From positions 62,001 to 126,000 of the forward strand of contig NW_026935377.1 in NCBI RefSeq assembly GCF_032062105.1: DNA of 64,000 nt, written 5' to 3'. This document shows, piece by piece, positions 25,020 to 38,066 of the stretch. How positions within the stretch are numbered: the first letter of the stretch is position 1; every line of letters starts with the position of its first letter. The notes under the pieces were generated by a model. The model saw only the letters and a list, made by a program, of their open reading frames with translations. It ran no database searches and was not told the origin of the DNA. Position numbers and translations under genes: made by a program. The DNA is from Saccostrea cucullata (taxonomy: Eukaryota).

Positions 25020-26091
25020 TTATCGTGAGAGATATTTTGAACATAAATTCTGGATGAAGAAAACGAAAAAGAGTTGTTATAAAGACGTCAATATATTCCT
25101 TTCGGGCAGCAATAGACGAGACCTAAGGTTGTAATTATTTTAATGGTTAAAAAAAAGTAAGGGGCGAAGCTTCCATTTGTGTCTATGAGGCAACTGCCTC
25201 AGAACATTTTCAGAACTATCCTCTTCCCATAATTAATAATACAACTGTACATTGCAGAAAATATTTTTAAATTTGTTTTTAAAAATTATGCATCTTTTTA
25301 ACATTTGAACAAATCTATAATTTGTTGTGGTTTCATATCAATATGTTCGGGATCAAAATTCATGAAATCGGGCTCGTTCTAGTTCTAATAAATCCTCAAA
25401 ATAGTTTTTGTGGGAAAATTTAAAAAGTATTGATCAGAACATAGACCAAAAGAAAGGGAGCAAAGTTGACATCTATTTTGTTGAAAAGACAAAAAAGACA
25501 GTATAGAATCGGCGTCAGATGGGCCTATTTTACAAAACCTATCAACTATAGTGAATATTCTTTATCCTTATACATGTACACATAGTTTCAAAATTAATTA
25601 ACACTACAAACCTGCTCCCATAAAATAACACAATTTTTTCTGTTACCAGTGATTCCCTATTTTTCACAAACAGATGAATATATTACGCCAACATAAGAAC
25701 TTTCAAAGCCTGAGCAGTATAAGGTCATTTTAAATTTACTCTATTGCATTCTCAGAAAACATGAATGCTTAAGTCTTCAATAATGAAAAAGGTAAAATTA
25801 CGGAATTTCTGTCCCGGAAAAGTATGATTTTCACATCACCCCCCCCCCCCTTATCCCCTGCCAGAAGTCCGCCGTTTTTCGTTTTAAAAAGCTGATGATT
25901 AATTTTTATTGAGCCTTTCATGAGAACTTTTATATATCTACAGTCCTATGGAATAGTACTTTTCTGTGATATCGATGGTCGAAGTTTGATAAGGGCAATT
26001 GTCTAGGGTCTTTAATTTGTCTGTGTAGAATTATGCGAAAAGTATGATATTTTTTTTTCAAAATATTTAAACACGAAGGCATTCTGAAAAG

Positions 26092-26394
26092 AAACTAGAG
26101 GTACTGTGAGCAATGAGCTCACTAAATAATACCCCCCGCCTCCCATATGAATATAATGGCAGTATCCATGTTTTCCTCTGGAAAATCCAAAATATATGTC
26201 AGATCAAAAAGTAAAATATATAGGAGGTGTACAATGGCAATATGTAATAAAGATTCTGTGAAAGTTTCATCAAATTTCCTTCAGTGGTTTGAGAGGAGTT
26301 GCGGATAAGAGATGGGTACCCCAAAGCGTAACAGACGGACGGACGGAAATACCGATTACTATATACCCTCCCACTTTTCAAGCGGGGGGTATAA
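26092..26394 (-). mobile_element. Helentron/HINE-like element, same family as 12993-13540
   Basis: AACTAGAGGTACTGTG...(GACG)n...TTTTCAAGCGGGGGGTATAAA. Confidence 0.7.
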
Positions 26395-26625
26395 ACATAA
26401 TATATGTACAATAATGCTAGAAATAAGCAGTGGTATTATTTGTATTTTAACCGAGTTGGTAGTTAAGAGCGTATGGTCCAGGGAAAAGATTTCCCACTTC
26501 TCAAATGATGTAATTGTCGAAATCTTGTCGAATACAACTTTAAATTTGCAACTCTCAACCATCAAGTTGTAACATCCTAATATGAGTGAAAGATTCTCTA
26601 AGGAACGTTTAACAAACAGATAAAG

Positions 26626-27010
26626 AACAAGATGTGTTTGTGAAACACTATGCGCCCGGCAGCAACAAAGTTCGAAAAAAGCTATTTTTAGCATATAGGT
26701 CACAGTCAAGGTCCCAAGGTCATTGACCTTGGTGTCAATTCAAAGAACTTGATTAGTAGAATATGCATACTAAATATGAAGTCTCTATCTTTTATGGTTC
26801 AAAAGTTATGGCGAAGGTTAAATTTTACAGAAAAAAACTATTTTTAGCATATAGGCCACAGTCAAGGTCACAAGGTCATTGACCTTGGTGTCATTTGAAA
26901 GAGCTTAATTAGTGGAGTATGCATATCAAATATTAAGTCTCTATCTTTCATGGTTCAAAAGTTATGGCGAAGGTTAAAGTTTGGGGACAAACAAACAGAC
27001 AGACAGACAG

Positions 27011-27044
<34 letters not shown>

Positions 27045-27093
27045 AGGACAAAAACAATATACGCCTCGGATCTATCGATCCGGGCGCATAAAA
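26626..27093. mobile_element. Helentron/pearl-like element with about 2 internal ~155-bp repeats and (GACA)n
   Basis: Subterminal IR ATGCGCCCGG / CCGGGCGCAT, terminal hairpin CGGATCTATCGATCCG, GGTCAAGGTCA-type core repeats, GACA microsatellite at 26995-27045. Confidence 0.75.
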
Positions 27094-28634
27094 ATACTTT
27101 CGAATAAAGTTTATCGTCCTTGTTTTAGTCAGGGTGCACCTGAATTTTGATTTTAGATTCTACATTCAAAGTCAGATCCCTTTTACTGCATGTCTTTAGA
27201 AATCATTGTTATGATTAAAGCTTCCCTGAAAAAAGGTATCAACAAAAACGCAATTCTGATAAGAGACCAATATATAGTTATTTTTTGGGTCTAGATATAT
27301 AAATAAAATTAATTTCTAAAACAAAAAAAAATACAGAGTAGCTTTCAGACCTTAAACCAACCTAGATATATCAAAAAAGTGCAGTTAAGGTCATCAGGAA
27401 GAAGACACACAGAACAGTGACCAGATAAAGGGTCATACTCTAAAATGTAGAACCAGCTACGATACAAGAAAACACGAAATATGAGTCGTGTTGTTCCAAA
27501 TACCAGACAGAAAATTTAGTCATGTCTGAGAGGAGAACCACGTTTTTGTAGTTGATTGTTTCAGATTTTTTTTATATGCTTAGATTTGGTTTGTCTTATA
27601 ATTTTAATACAGTGTAGACATGTATATCTAATTTTTGTTGTTCGTTCTCGAAAAACTCATGGAGTATTTAAAGCTTGAAGCAGAAATTCAAAAAAAAAAA
27701 TAGTTTATCAAATTGTGAGCTGAGAAAACATGGACCAATGACAAGGTGAGTATATTTACGAGTTCATTTCTTATTGAAAATGCAACTGTCAAATATCAAA
27801 AGCTTGGACCTAAATTTATCGTGCGGAATTGTGGTATATAAAAGTTAAAAAGCTGTAAGTTTTAACGCTGTTGATTTTGGTAAAATTTTGTGAATTCAAA
27901 CTTTTCCAAATGTTCCTTGGATTTTTTAAGTATCTACGTCTAATTTACACAAGTTCAGGAATATATTGTTATTCGGTACTGAAGTACTGTTGAATTTTCT
28001 CCTTCACTACTGTTAATTTCTGAATGAGGAGTAAAGAAAGAGACTTGGTAAAACAATTATTGGAACCCTGTATATATCTTTGTTTGTAAGGATTTTTAAG
28101 AATCCTTTTAAGATTTCTTTTAGAAATATAGATAAAGTAATTCAAATTCATTTTGATTGTTTAGAATATCAGGATTCATTCCTTGATATCTGTTCAAAAC
28201 CTCTGGTAACACATGCTGATTTTTGTCTAAGAACATTTATTGGTAGTATAATTTTAAATTTAATATATCTTGAAAAATTATCAGTAAGTATGTCCTTAAA
28301 TTGATTAAACCAAGAATAATGTAAGCCCTCTGCAAAGTGGAAACATATATCTAATTGAATGTTTTCTTTACAAAGCCTACAAGGGCCTTCAGAGGACTGT
28401 AAATCAAAAATATAGTGATAGATGAAATATTGAGATAATGAACAGTATTTAAGCTCAAAAGTTCAATAAACAATACAAGATAATGCTAAATTGTCATAGA
28501 ACTTACGTAATGATGACTCTAAACGAGACTGCTGATATTCTCGTATTTACAATGCGTCGTCGATATATCGAAACGACGAAATATGAAATGTTAAGAAAAG
28601 CACACACAAGTTAAACCTTATTTTTTTAATTTCT

Positions 28635-29880
28635 TTAAAAATGAGTACATCTGCATCTTCCATCAATACAGTGATGCTGACGTCCATGATCACATCGTCC
28701 TTGACAATCATCGGCCCTGACGCAATCTGTAAGAAAATCAAGAAGATGAAGAAAACAGATATTGATCGATTTAAAAAAATCCCTGGACAGGGCATATACT
28801 CCAACCCCAGGTAATATCAGGTACGGGATCAGGCACCTAGGATCAGTAACTGATTCTTATTTGTTTATTCTTATTGTCAGAAATTTCACTAATTCCTATT
28901 TTGATATAATGAAAGGTATACCTCCATCGCCACTGGCTGCTGTGGTACACGTGCACTGATCATTGACACAATGAACTGTGGACCCCCCGGTACATGTTGT
29001 GAGTGTACAGTCCCTCGTGTCGTCACACCTTTCTGCGGATACTGTAAAACATTGTATGTAATGGCAGTTGATTATAGAACAAATCATGCTGTAATACATT
29101 AAAACTGTATCTAACAGTAGTTAATTAAAATTATATCTAACAGTAGTTAATTAAAATTGTATCTAACAGCAGTTTAGTAAAATTGTATCCAACAGCAGTT
29201 TATTTTCAAGGATTCATACTGTAAAACATTAAAATTGTATCTTAAAGCAGTTAATTATAAAACAATTAAATCATGCTGTTAAACATTAAAATTGTATATA
29301 ACAGCAGTTAGTTATAGAACAAATCATGCTCTAATACATTAATATTGTATTTTAAAACATTTAATTAACAACGAATCATACTGTAAAATTTCATAATATT
29401 GTATTTGACGGCACTTATTAATCAAACTACGGAGGCTCATTAAGGACCAATCGGAAATATTTTTGTGAATTTGATATGAAAAATTGGCGAATTTGTTATA
29501 ATAAATTTAATTCGATATAACAGTTTCTTTAAATTAGTTATGACGAATTTAATCTAAAATAACTTTTTATTGATATCGTTATATCAAAAAAAAAAATTAT
29601 AATAAATTTAATTCGATTAAACCAGTTCTAAAATTAGTTAAAATACATTTTAAATTCGTTTATACAAATTCTATTTGTTATTACAAAGTCAACATTCAGG
29701 GCCTACAGAATTTACAAATTTAAAGAAATCATTTTTGCAATATATACTTTTAGACTTCTTGATCTGCAGCCAATTTGTTTGCCTTCTCCTGGTTTTTCAT
29801 TCTGTGAAAACATATTGCACAAAATTATCACAATACAAACCTGCAACAACAACCAATGCGAGAATAAAAACAACCTTCAT
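28635..29880 (-). CDS. Cys-rich secreted peptide 3 (cvSI/I84-like), 3 exons, 83 aa
   Basis: Exons 29880-29841, 29041-28922, 28726-28635. MKVVFILALVVVAVSAERCDDTRDCTLTTCTGGSTVHCVNDQCTCTTAASGDGDCVRADDCQGRCDHGRQHHCIDGRCRCTHF*. Confidence 0.92.
29075..29400. repeat. Degenerate ~30-bp minisatellite in intron 1 of gene 3
   Basis: Repeated AAAATTGTATCTAACAGCAGTTAATT-like units. Confidence 0.7.
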
Positions 29881-29948
29881 ATTTCCTCTTTTCTTCACTG
29901 ATTGTTGTGAACAAAGATAATTTAATTATTAATTTCTTCTCAAGTATA

Positions 29949-30025
29949 TTTATATATATATACCTTGAAATAATTTATCTTGCAAAGGTCAGGAAATCAG
30001 AAAGTTTAAGGCCGTGCAGAGATAA
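29949..30025 (-). promoter_or_regulatory. Gene 3 promoter module
   Basis: TATA run 29949-29962; CAAAGGTCA (AGGTCA at 29986); AGATAA 30020. Confidence 0.6.
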
Positions 30026-31437
30026 AATCAATCACGAAACATAATGTCGTGCTTCTCGAAAAGCAGGAATAAAAACTATGGCATGTATATATATGAGGTA
30101 CTTATCTGTAGTTTTTCATATTATGAACATATCTTCAATATTTGTAATGTAAACAAGGAATAAAAGCAAGGAACTGCAGTAGTCGATTAAGGTCTAGTGT
30201 AAATATATAAAATTTATTTCGCTATATTTATATATGAAAATGATAACGTTTATGTACTCGACATCGATAGCCAAACGAGTTACTTTATCTGCCAATGGAA
30301 AGAAAGCATTTTCTATTCAAATAGAAAAAGAACTGTAAAAAAAATTGTGTTTTTCTTTGACTAAATCATAAAAAAAATGCGATGTGATTTTTTCCTTTTT
30401 TTCCCCCTCCAATTTGAATGAATGGAAAATGAAGACCCGAACAGCATTGAAATTCAGTGTGATAATCATAACCTTTTGATTTATATGTAGCACTTCAGTC
30501 GACAGGTGCTGTCGCACTTAATATTTGTATTTCATTTTTCCGAATCGGTCGCTTGGCGCAGTGGTTAAGGCGTTTGCTCTATATTAAAAAATTCTCAAAA
30601 GGGGCGCTTCACAAAATAATTGTCCAATTTTAGTGAATTTTTGTAAAAAAAAAAAAAAAAAAAGCTATTATTTTCAATTCCCATATGAACTGTACTGTAA
30701 AGTATCTGCTTTAAGCAGATTAGAATTTAAGAAAGACTACCTGATCTTTATGGAATGGTTTCAGCTGACAAAGCTCTTTGTTTGCAAGGCTTATTTTAAC
30801 CATTTCATTTTAGAAAAGAAGCGAGAATATATTCCTAATCTTGTAACCCAATTTATTCTCTCAGTCCCTATTCCTCAGAGTCACGTTTTGAGTTTAAATA
30901 CTTTAATAATTCCGGTAAACGTGAGTGAACTTAAGTTTCAAATCTATACTGAAATTCGATATCTCATAAAAATATAAAATCAATACATGGAACGCTACAG
31001 AAATGCATACCTTGTGGATGATAAATTGAGATAACGAATGGCATTTAAAATCAAAAGTCCATTGAAACCATAGAAAGCGTGAGCAGAGCAAACAGTGCTG
31101 TTGATATCATTGGCTCTCATACTAAATTTGATACTTATAGTCCAGATAAATAGATAGATGACAGGAAATACTTACTCTTTCCAGGCACATGAACTCACCT
31201 CATTTAGAATCTTAAAGATTTAATAAAGTTCTCAAATTTGGGGAATAATAGTTGTATTCTAGGCATATTGTGGAAAATAAGTTTTCTTATCTAGATATGT
31301 CATGGTCATTATTTATCAAAACTTTTTAAGATATGAATTATTTTCAGTTCTTCAGTTTTATTTCTATAATTTCTACAGGTCAATATACAATGAATCAGAC
31401 ATGTGACAACTCGTTAAGGTAGACGAATTTATTTCTT

Positions 31438-32782
31438 CTAAAAATGTGTACATCTGCATCGACCATCAATACAATGGTGCTGGCGTCCATGATCACAACG
31501 TCCGTGACAGTCATTGGCCATGGTGCAAGCTGTGGTAAAAAAAAATGAATTAATTTACCAAATTATTCAATGAAGTGCTATGCGGAGAGAGCTTTTAAAT
31601 TACTAAATAAAATATCTATTTAAAGCATAAGTATGTCGTAAGTATAAATTTTTGAAAATTTTGAAGGAAACTAGACGACTTTGGGATTTTTAAAAAGATT
31701 TTTATATTTAAAAAAAAAATCTTAACCCTCTGAAACATCAATCTAGGATTAAACTTGTCTATCGATTGAGAGAAAACTGCTAAAAATACTAAGAAAATAG
31801 GGACGAGTCGGGTGCTTATACAATAGAAAGTTGGTAAAAATTGCAGATTCTAAGATTTCTTATTTCATAGTTTCAATTATTTTCAGCAATACTAAATACC
31901 CAGTATGTCGTATCAAGTCACATACCTCCATCACCACTTGCTGCTGTGGTACACGTGCACGTATGTCCAATACAATGGAGGGTTGATCCGCCCCCGCATG
32001 TAGTGGCTGAACAGTCATCCGTGTCATCACATCTTTCAGCGATGACTGAAAGACATTGAATTTCAAAACAGAGGCTTAGCAATTGCATAGCTGTTTATTT
32101 CATGTCTACAGGCCTAAAATAACTTGAAACGTAAATTAATTTTCTTGTAATTATCTGGTGATTTAACTAATATTTCGTTTGACTTTCAATACACTCACTA
32201 ACAACATGACATGCGCTTTAACATTGATTCAATAGACTTAATTGGAATTCTTTGGAAAATATAACTAGCATTATCATTTCAATAAAGTAATATTCAAACT
32301 TAAGATCAAGAGAATATTGAACAATGACTACAAAAAAGTTCAACTTGTATATTCCACACGATATATGAATGTATCCCTTCAGATAGGCATACCACACAAA
32401 TATGCTTAATTAACTAAATTACAAACTAATTAATGCAAATGCATGATAGAAAAGGAAATTTATCTTTTTCACAATTAAAGAATTTTTTAAATTTAAAAAT
32501 GAAACAATCCAAGATACAAATACATATTTAAATAAATTCTTTAAATGAAGAAAGAAATTAATGAGTGTACATTAAAAAAAAATCTTTATGTCATGGAAAC
32601 CATATTTGCAATGTTATTACAATGCTGCAAAAAAACTTCTTTGTAAATGTTCAAATCTTATTCAGTATTGTACCTTCTTCTGAATTGTCTTCTGAGAAAA
32701 CAATTTGTAAATATTAATCTACATGTAAGTAAACACAATTACCTCCGACAACAACGACAGCGAGAATAAAGATGGCCCTCAT
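31438..32782 (-). CDS. Cys-rich secreted peptide 4 (cvSI/I84-like), 3 exons, 83 aa
   Basis: Exons 32782-32743, 32045-31926, 31529-31438. MRAIFILAVVVVGVIAERCDDTDDCSATTCGGGSTLHCIGHTCTCTTAASGDGACTMANDCHGRCDHGRQHHCIDGRCRCTHF*. Confidence 0.92.
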
Positions 32783-32840
32783 GGTGATCTTTGCTTCACT
32801 AAATGTTGTGAATGATTATATATATGGCCAATTCTTTTCA

Positions 32841-32916
32841 CTTATATATCTTCTCTGAACTAAATTATCATGCAAAGGTCATCATTTCAGCACATAACTT
32901 TGTCATGTGAAGATAA
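32841..32916 (-). promoter_or_regulatory. Gene 4 promoter module
   Basis: TATATAAG near 32841; CAAAGGTCA (AGGTCA at 32876); AGATAA 32911. Confidence 0.6.
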
Positions 32917-33109
32917 AAATAAGCACGAAACGTAATGGCGTGTTGCTGGAAAAGCAGGACATGAATAAAGGTCTTCAGACGTTCAGCTTTGGTGGTGATT
33001 AAATGGGTCCATGACTGTTTTATCAGTAACATGCATCATTTGAGAAATCGTTTGCATGTAGAGCAAGCCCTTGCATATTAAGTCTTCTGAAGACATAAAT
33101 TTCCTATAT

Positions 33110-33840
33110 GAAGGATATGGAGATAACGAACAGTATTCAATCTCAAAGTCCATAAAACAATTCAAAATAGGAGCAGGGCAAACACGGACCTCCAAAACAT
33201 CAGAGGTTGGATCAGGTGCCATGGAGGAGTGAGCATCCCCTGCTGACCGGTCACACCCGCCATGTGCTCCTTGTCATTATCAGGAAATAACGGAAAAATC
33301 CGTCGTCAGTTCAATGTATAAATAATGGACTAACAATTAGTATCAAAAACGTCAGTAGCATATGACTCATTGATAAATTGTATTTTGCTGACAAGGTCAT
33401 TGTATCGCCATAGAATTTACGAAATGATTACTTTAAACGAGACGGCTGATATTCTTGTTTCATCAACTTGTTTGTCAATAATTCACCTCGTTTTAGAAAT
33501 TGTTCATACGTAGAGCATGCTCTAGCGTATCGAATCAACAGAGATATATATACTCCGTATGAAGGTAATGAAGGTATATTGCTGCACAAGTAAGGGAAGC
33601 TGACGATAGAAAAGTTTAAGTCATTACGTTTATCATATAGTTTGGTTGTTAGATTACCATTAACGTCTTTTTCAAGTAAAATATTCAAGTATGAAACAGA
33701 TGTGTCAGACTCTGTGGTATCTTTAATTTTATCTCAAGCTCACCGAGATATATCGTATCGACGTAGGAATGGAAATTACCATTGTTAATTGACAATACGT
33801 CGTCGATATATCTAAAAGTCGAGTTGAAGGCCACAGCAAG
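33110..33840 (-). mobile_element. Penelope-like retroelement 3' fragment
   Basis: FRYIDD motif and LTTKLYDKRNDLNFSIVSFPYLCSNIP...LIRYARAC; same family as 21445-22240. Confidence 0.8.
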
Positions 33841-34952
33841 TATATAGGTGATAAGGGTTTAATGCTGCGTAAATGAAAGAAATGAATGAAAAGTTGAAGT
33901 TATCCCATTAATCATAAAGAGCGATCCAATCAGTGAAAGTTTAGGCTTAACTGTTTATAATAATAAATAAAATACATAACTTAAATATGAATAAATATCA
34001 CCCACTGGACTCTTAATCAGCTAAGCTCAGAAAAAAACCCCGCTCATTCTCAATAAAAAATTCAAGTCATTTACGTTTTTGAAATCAGTAAACTTTGCAG
34101 GTTAATTTTTTGAAGGCAAAACTTTTGAGCAATAATATATTTTACTTGAGACATTTCCGTCTTATCAATAAATAGAGCTCTCGGCGGGTGTGAAAGGTCA
34201 ACGAGGGATGCTTACTCCTCTAAGGTACCTCAGAGAATTTTTAGGATTGATAGGGCAGAACAAAATAATTTTATAATTAATTATAAAATCTTTAATAATC
34301 GAATGTCATCAACGCAATTTGAAATGTGAAACCCTCCCAAATGGAAAAGAAATCTAACAAAATTGTTTCAAAATATCTTCAAACCCCTACCAAAACATAC
34401 TTTTATATTTTCTTTGTATGTTTTGAAAGTGTTGCATATAACGAAACATCAATGCAACACTTTACAGGATGGGGGTGGCATGGTATTTTGGTAATGTTTC
34501 ATTTCAATGTTGGTGTTTTATTAATGTTTCATCACACTCTGCAAAATGAAATTGCAGTTTGAAAGTATTTCGTTACACTTGTCTGCATCAAAGTAATATT
34601 TTTTAGCATTTCATTTGATTAACAGACATTTTTAGGGTTGAATTATCTCGGAGCTGTAAAAGCTTCAAAGAACAACATGTCTGTTTACAACCTGTGTTAG
34701 ACTAGAATTTGCGCCAATTTTCAAACCACCAGCACTAGGTCAGAGAGAAATAAAGAGATTGGTGAAAGGACATACAAAGTGTTAGTATATATATTGATCC
34801 CTGATTGGAAAAAGCAAAATCAGGATGAATCTGGATATAAAAGAGGTATTTATTGCATGACATAAAGTTCTTTTTACTGGACTACAGTAACCTTCAATCT
34901 GTGAATGTGGATGTGTATATGGCCTGTTTTTATTAGGTTTTAATTTATTCTA

Positions 34953-34953
34953 A

Positions 34954-34990
<37 letters not shown>

Positions 34991-35405
34991 CAAAATTTAT
35001 AGAGCGCCTTATATAATAAACACAATTACTCTAAAGCGCTGTACAACATAGTTAAAATACATTCATAAATACAACATCAAGAATAAAAATTTTGTTGAAT
35101 AGCATAAGAAAATAAAATTAAGTATTGATAACCATATTAAAAATAAAAAATATTTCTGCAAAATGATGATTAAACGATATCAAAACACGAAAAGAGAAAA
35201 CTGCATACAACAGAGCATAAGAAATTTAAGAAGATTAAAAATAACCAAATATTTAAGGTCAGAAATCTTTAAAAATAAATAAATAAATAACTAAATAAAT
35301 AAAAACAGTCTATATTTGACACTTAAAAATAAAAATTTAACCGAATGCTTCCCTAAAAAGATGAGTTTTCAAATGTTTTTTAAAAGTGTTCAAAGATGGG
35401 CATAA
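34953..35405 (-). mobile_element. 3' end of an L2-like LINE with a (TAA)n tail
   Basis: Minus-strand PSLNTFKKHLKTHLFREAFG* at 35399-35337, then an AT-rich UTR and the (ATT)n run at 34953-34988. Confidence 0.7.
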
Positions 35406-37719
35406 AACCAGATGACCTTTAATCCATATACTAGCTTAGATCAGTTTTAAGCATTGGATTAAGTGATGAATTATAATACTTGAAAATTCTGTGAAAATGT
35501 ATGTGATTGGAGAAGTGGCCAATGACTTGAGAATTATATCTCTTATACCAAAGGAATTTAACTGCAGAGAATTGATAAAAGAGAGTGAACTTGCATGGTG
35601 TTTTTAAATGCTGGAATGGTGTACAATTGTCTATTGAACCATAATGTCAATCCTGGAATTCAAAATACTGTGAAACAAGAAGTGTTTATAATGTTTCAAA
35701 ATGAGACTGTGTTTAGATAATTTCAAAGACTTGTGGATTTGTTAATCATGATTTTAAAAAATTCAAATTTAGTGGTTAATTGATGATTTGTTACTTATGA
35801 TTTCTTAGTAGTTTGTTAGAGTGTTTTGTTAGCCTCATTTGCATGTGATTTGCTATATTATTGGAATACTTTCAAATCACAGTGTTTTGTAAGTAGTTTG
35901 TTAGAGTGTTTTATTAGTAATTTGTTATAGCGTTTTGTTAGCTCATTTGCATTTGATTTGCTATACTATTGGAATACTTTCAAAACACAGTGTTTTGTTA
36001 GTACTTTGTAATAGTATTTTGTTTGCCCTTTTTTTCATTTGGGTATATTTTGCTTTTAACTTTAAAAATTCCATTTAGTTGTAAAAATACTTTTTCTAAA
36101 GAAAAAATCAATACAATGTCAGGTTTGTATATGTTTATCACCACGCGTTATTTATTATCCCGACATCTTTTTGACATTGCTTTTCAACATTAAGTTTCAA
36201 TTTCTTTGCAAATCAGTTTCACCTCATACATGCTTCTTTTGATTATATTTTACTTTCACTTTGCACCAAAGCATGCATCTTTATTAAGTTGGTTTTATTT
36301 TTTAAAAAAATTATGTTTGAAGTGTACATAAAATAAATGCGAAATATTTAAAGGTTTCTGAATCAAATAAAAATGAGTATTTAAAAGAAACATCACAACA
36401 ACGCCAGTTTATTCTTTCTTAGCAGCGATAGACAAAGCTTAGCGTTGTGTTTAGTACATTTTAATATTTTGAAAAGTGTTTCATAAATCTGAATGATATT
36501 TTAAAGCAAAAGTCAAAAAGATTGAGTATTTATATGTACATGGAGCACTAGTAACATGAAATGCTTGATCAACCCCGACGTACACTACTGTGGGATCATT
36601 TTAATACGTTGAGGCCAACATTCGTGGACATGCAAGATTTAATTGGTTTCTGGAAACATTTTTTCTGGGTAAATTGTACGTATAGAAGAATTATGTTCAC
36701 AACATAATTGTTCTTGGGGATTTTATTCGTGGATTAAGGAAAATCCACGAAATCCATGAACACTGGTCTCCAACAAACTCTGATGATTAAGGAGTCTACA
36801 TTCTTTAAATATATTTAAATTTGCAAAATGTCTTTGGAGACTTTCAGTTCAGAAAACTAAACGCATATATAAATGTGACGATATGCAATTCGTAGGGAAA
36901 CCAGGACAGTGACCGAATAAAGGGTTATGCTCTTATATTCAGACAAGTGTTGCTATAAGGAAACACGAAATATCTATCGTGTTGTTCCAAATACCAGACA
37001 GAGAATAAAGTCAGGAATGATGTCATGTCTGAAAGGAGAAACATGACTGTTCAAATAATACAGTTCATTGTTTCAGTCTGCCTTTACTTTAGGACTTGGA
37101 AGTGTTGGAATCAACATTCATCACAACTTTTTTCCGTTTTCGAAAGATTATTTACATATTTAAAGCTCCTAACGTAGATTTTTGAAAATCTGAAAAAAAA
37201 TATCTAACGCTATACTTAGTTTATTGATATGTTTAAAATTGTGCGCAGAACAATAAAAAGCGATAAACACATAATAGTAGGAATCAAGTGACATTGAGGA
37301 GAAAGCATTCCTTGTCGACCGATCACAACTGTCGATCATCAGGTACAGGGAAAAATCCATAATACGTAGATATAAGACTCTCATTATAGATTCTGATAAA
37401 TTGTGTTCATATTCTTTATCTTTTTTCCTTTAAAAATCATTGACTTTTATTCTTTTTATGCATTCTAATTAAAAAAATTTGTGTCCCATGCTTAAATGAT
37501 AAAAACAGTCTGAGGATCGAAAGGGAGTGTTCAAGATATAGGGGACACCCTTAAGAAAGGGCGGGCGGGGTCATAGGGAGTCATGTTATACAAATTCATT
37601 GCAAAAGCTCAAAAGCCCGGAATTGGAACATTTCCACAGGGAGGAATGTATGATTTTTTGACCTTGACCATTGACTTTTCGACCTCAAAATGAATATTGT
37701 TCATTCATAGGTCATAGGG

Positions 37720-38066
37720 ATTGATTAATTGTATATTATTTAACGTCATATTCGAGAATTTTTCACCCATATAGAGACGTCACCGTATGCAGGTGAAGGG
37801 CTTCAAATTTAGACCTACAGTATACTCGATACTTAAGGCCATTGAGCAGTGAGGGTTATTTATCTGGCCAAATCCTACCTTGACATGGGTCCAACGTTTT
37901 TAAGGCCATATCCGAAAGACCTGTGGCTTCACTTCTAATGCCGAGCGCTTGGCGAAAAAACAGTCACTACCATCTATGTTAACGTCTTAGGTTTGACGCG
38001 GTGCTGCGAACGAGAATCGAACCCGGGCCTCCCGATCACGAAGCGAACGCTCTAAAACTGACCGCT
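37720..38066 (-). mobile_element. tRNA-derived SINE nested in a Helentron-like element
   Basis: B-box-like GGTTCGATTC on the minus strand near 38020 plus the family body. Confidence 0.65.
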
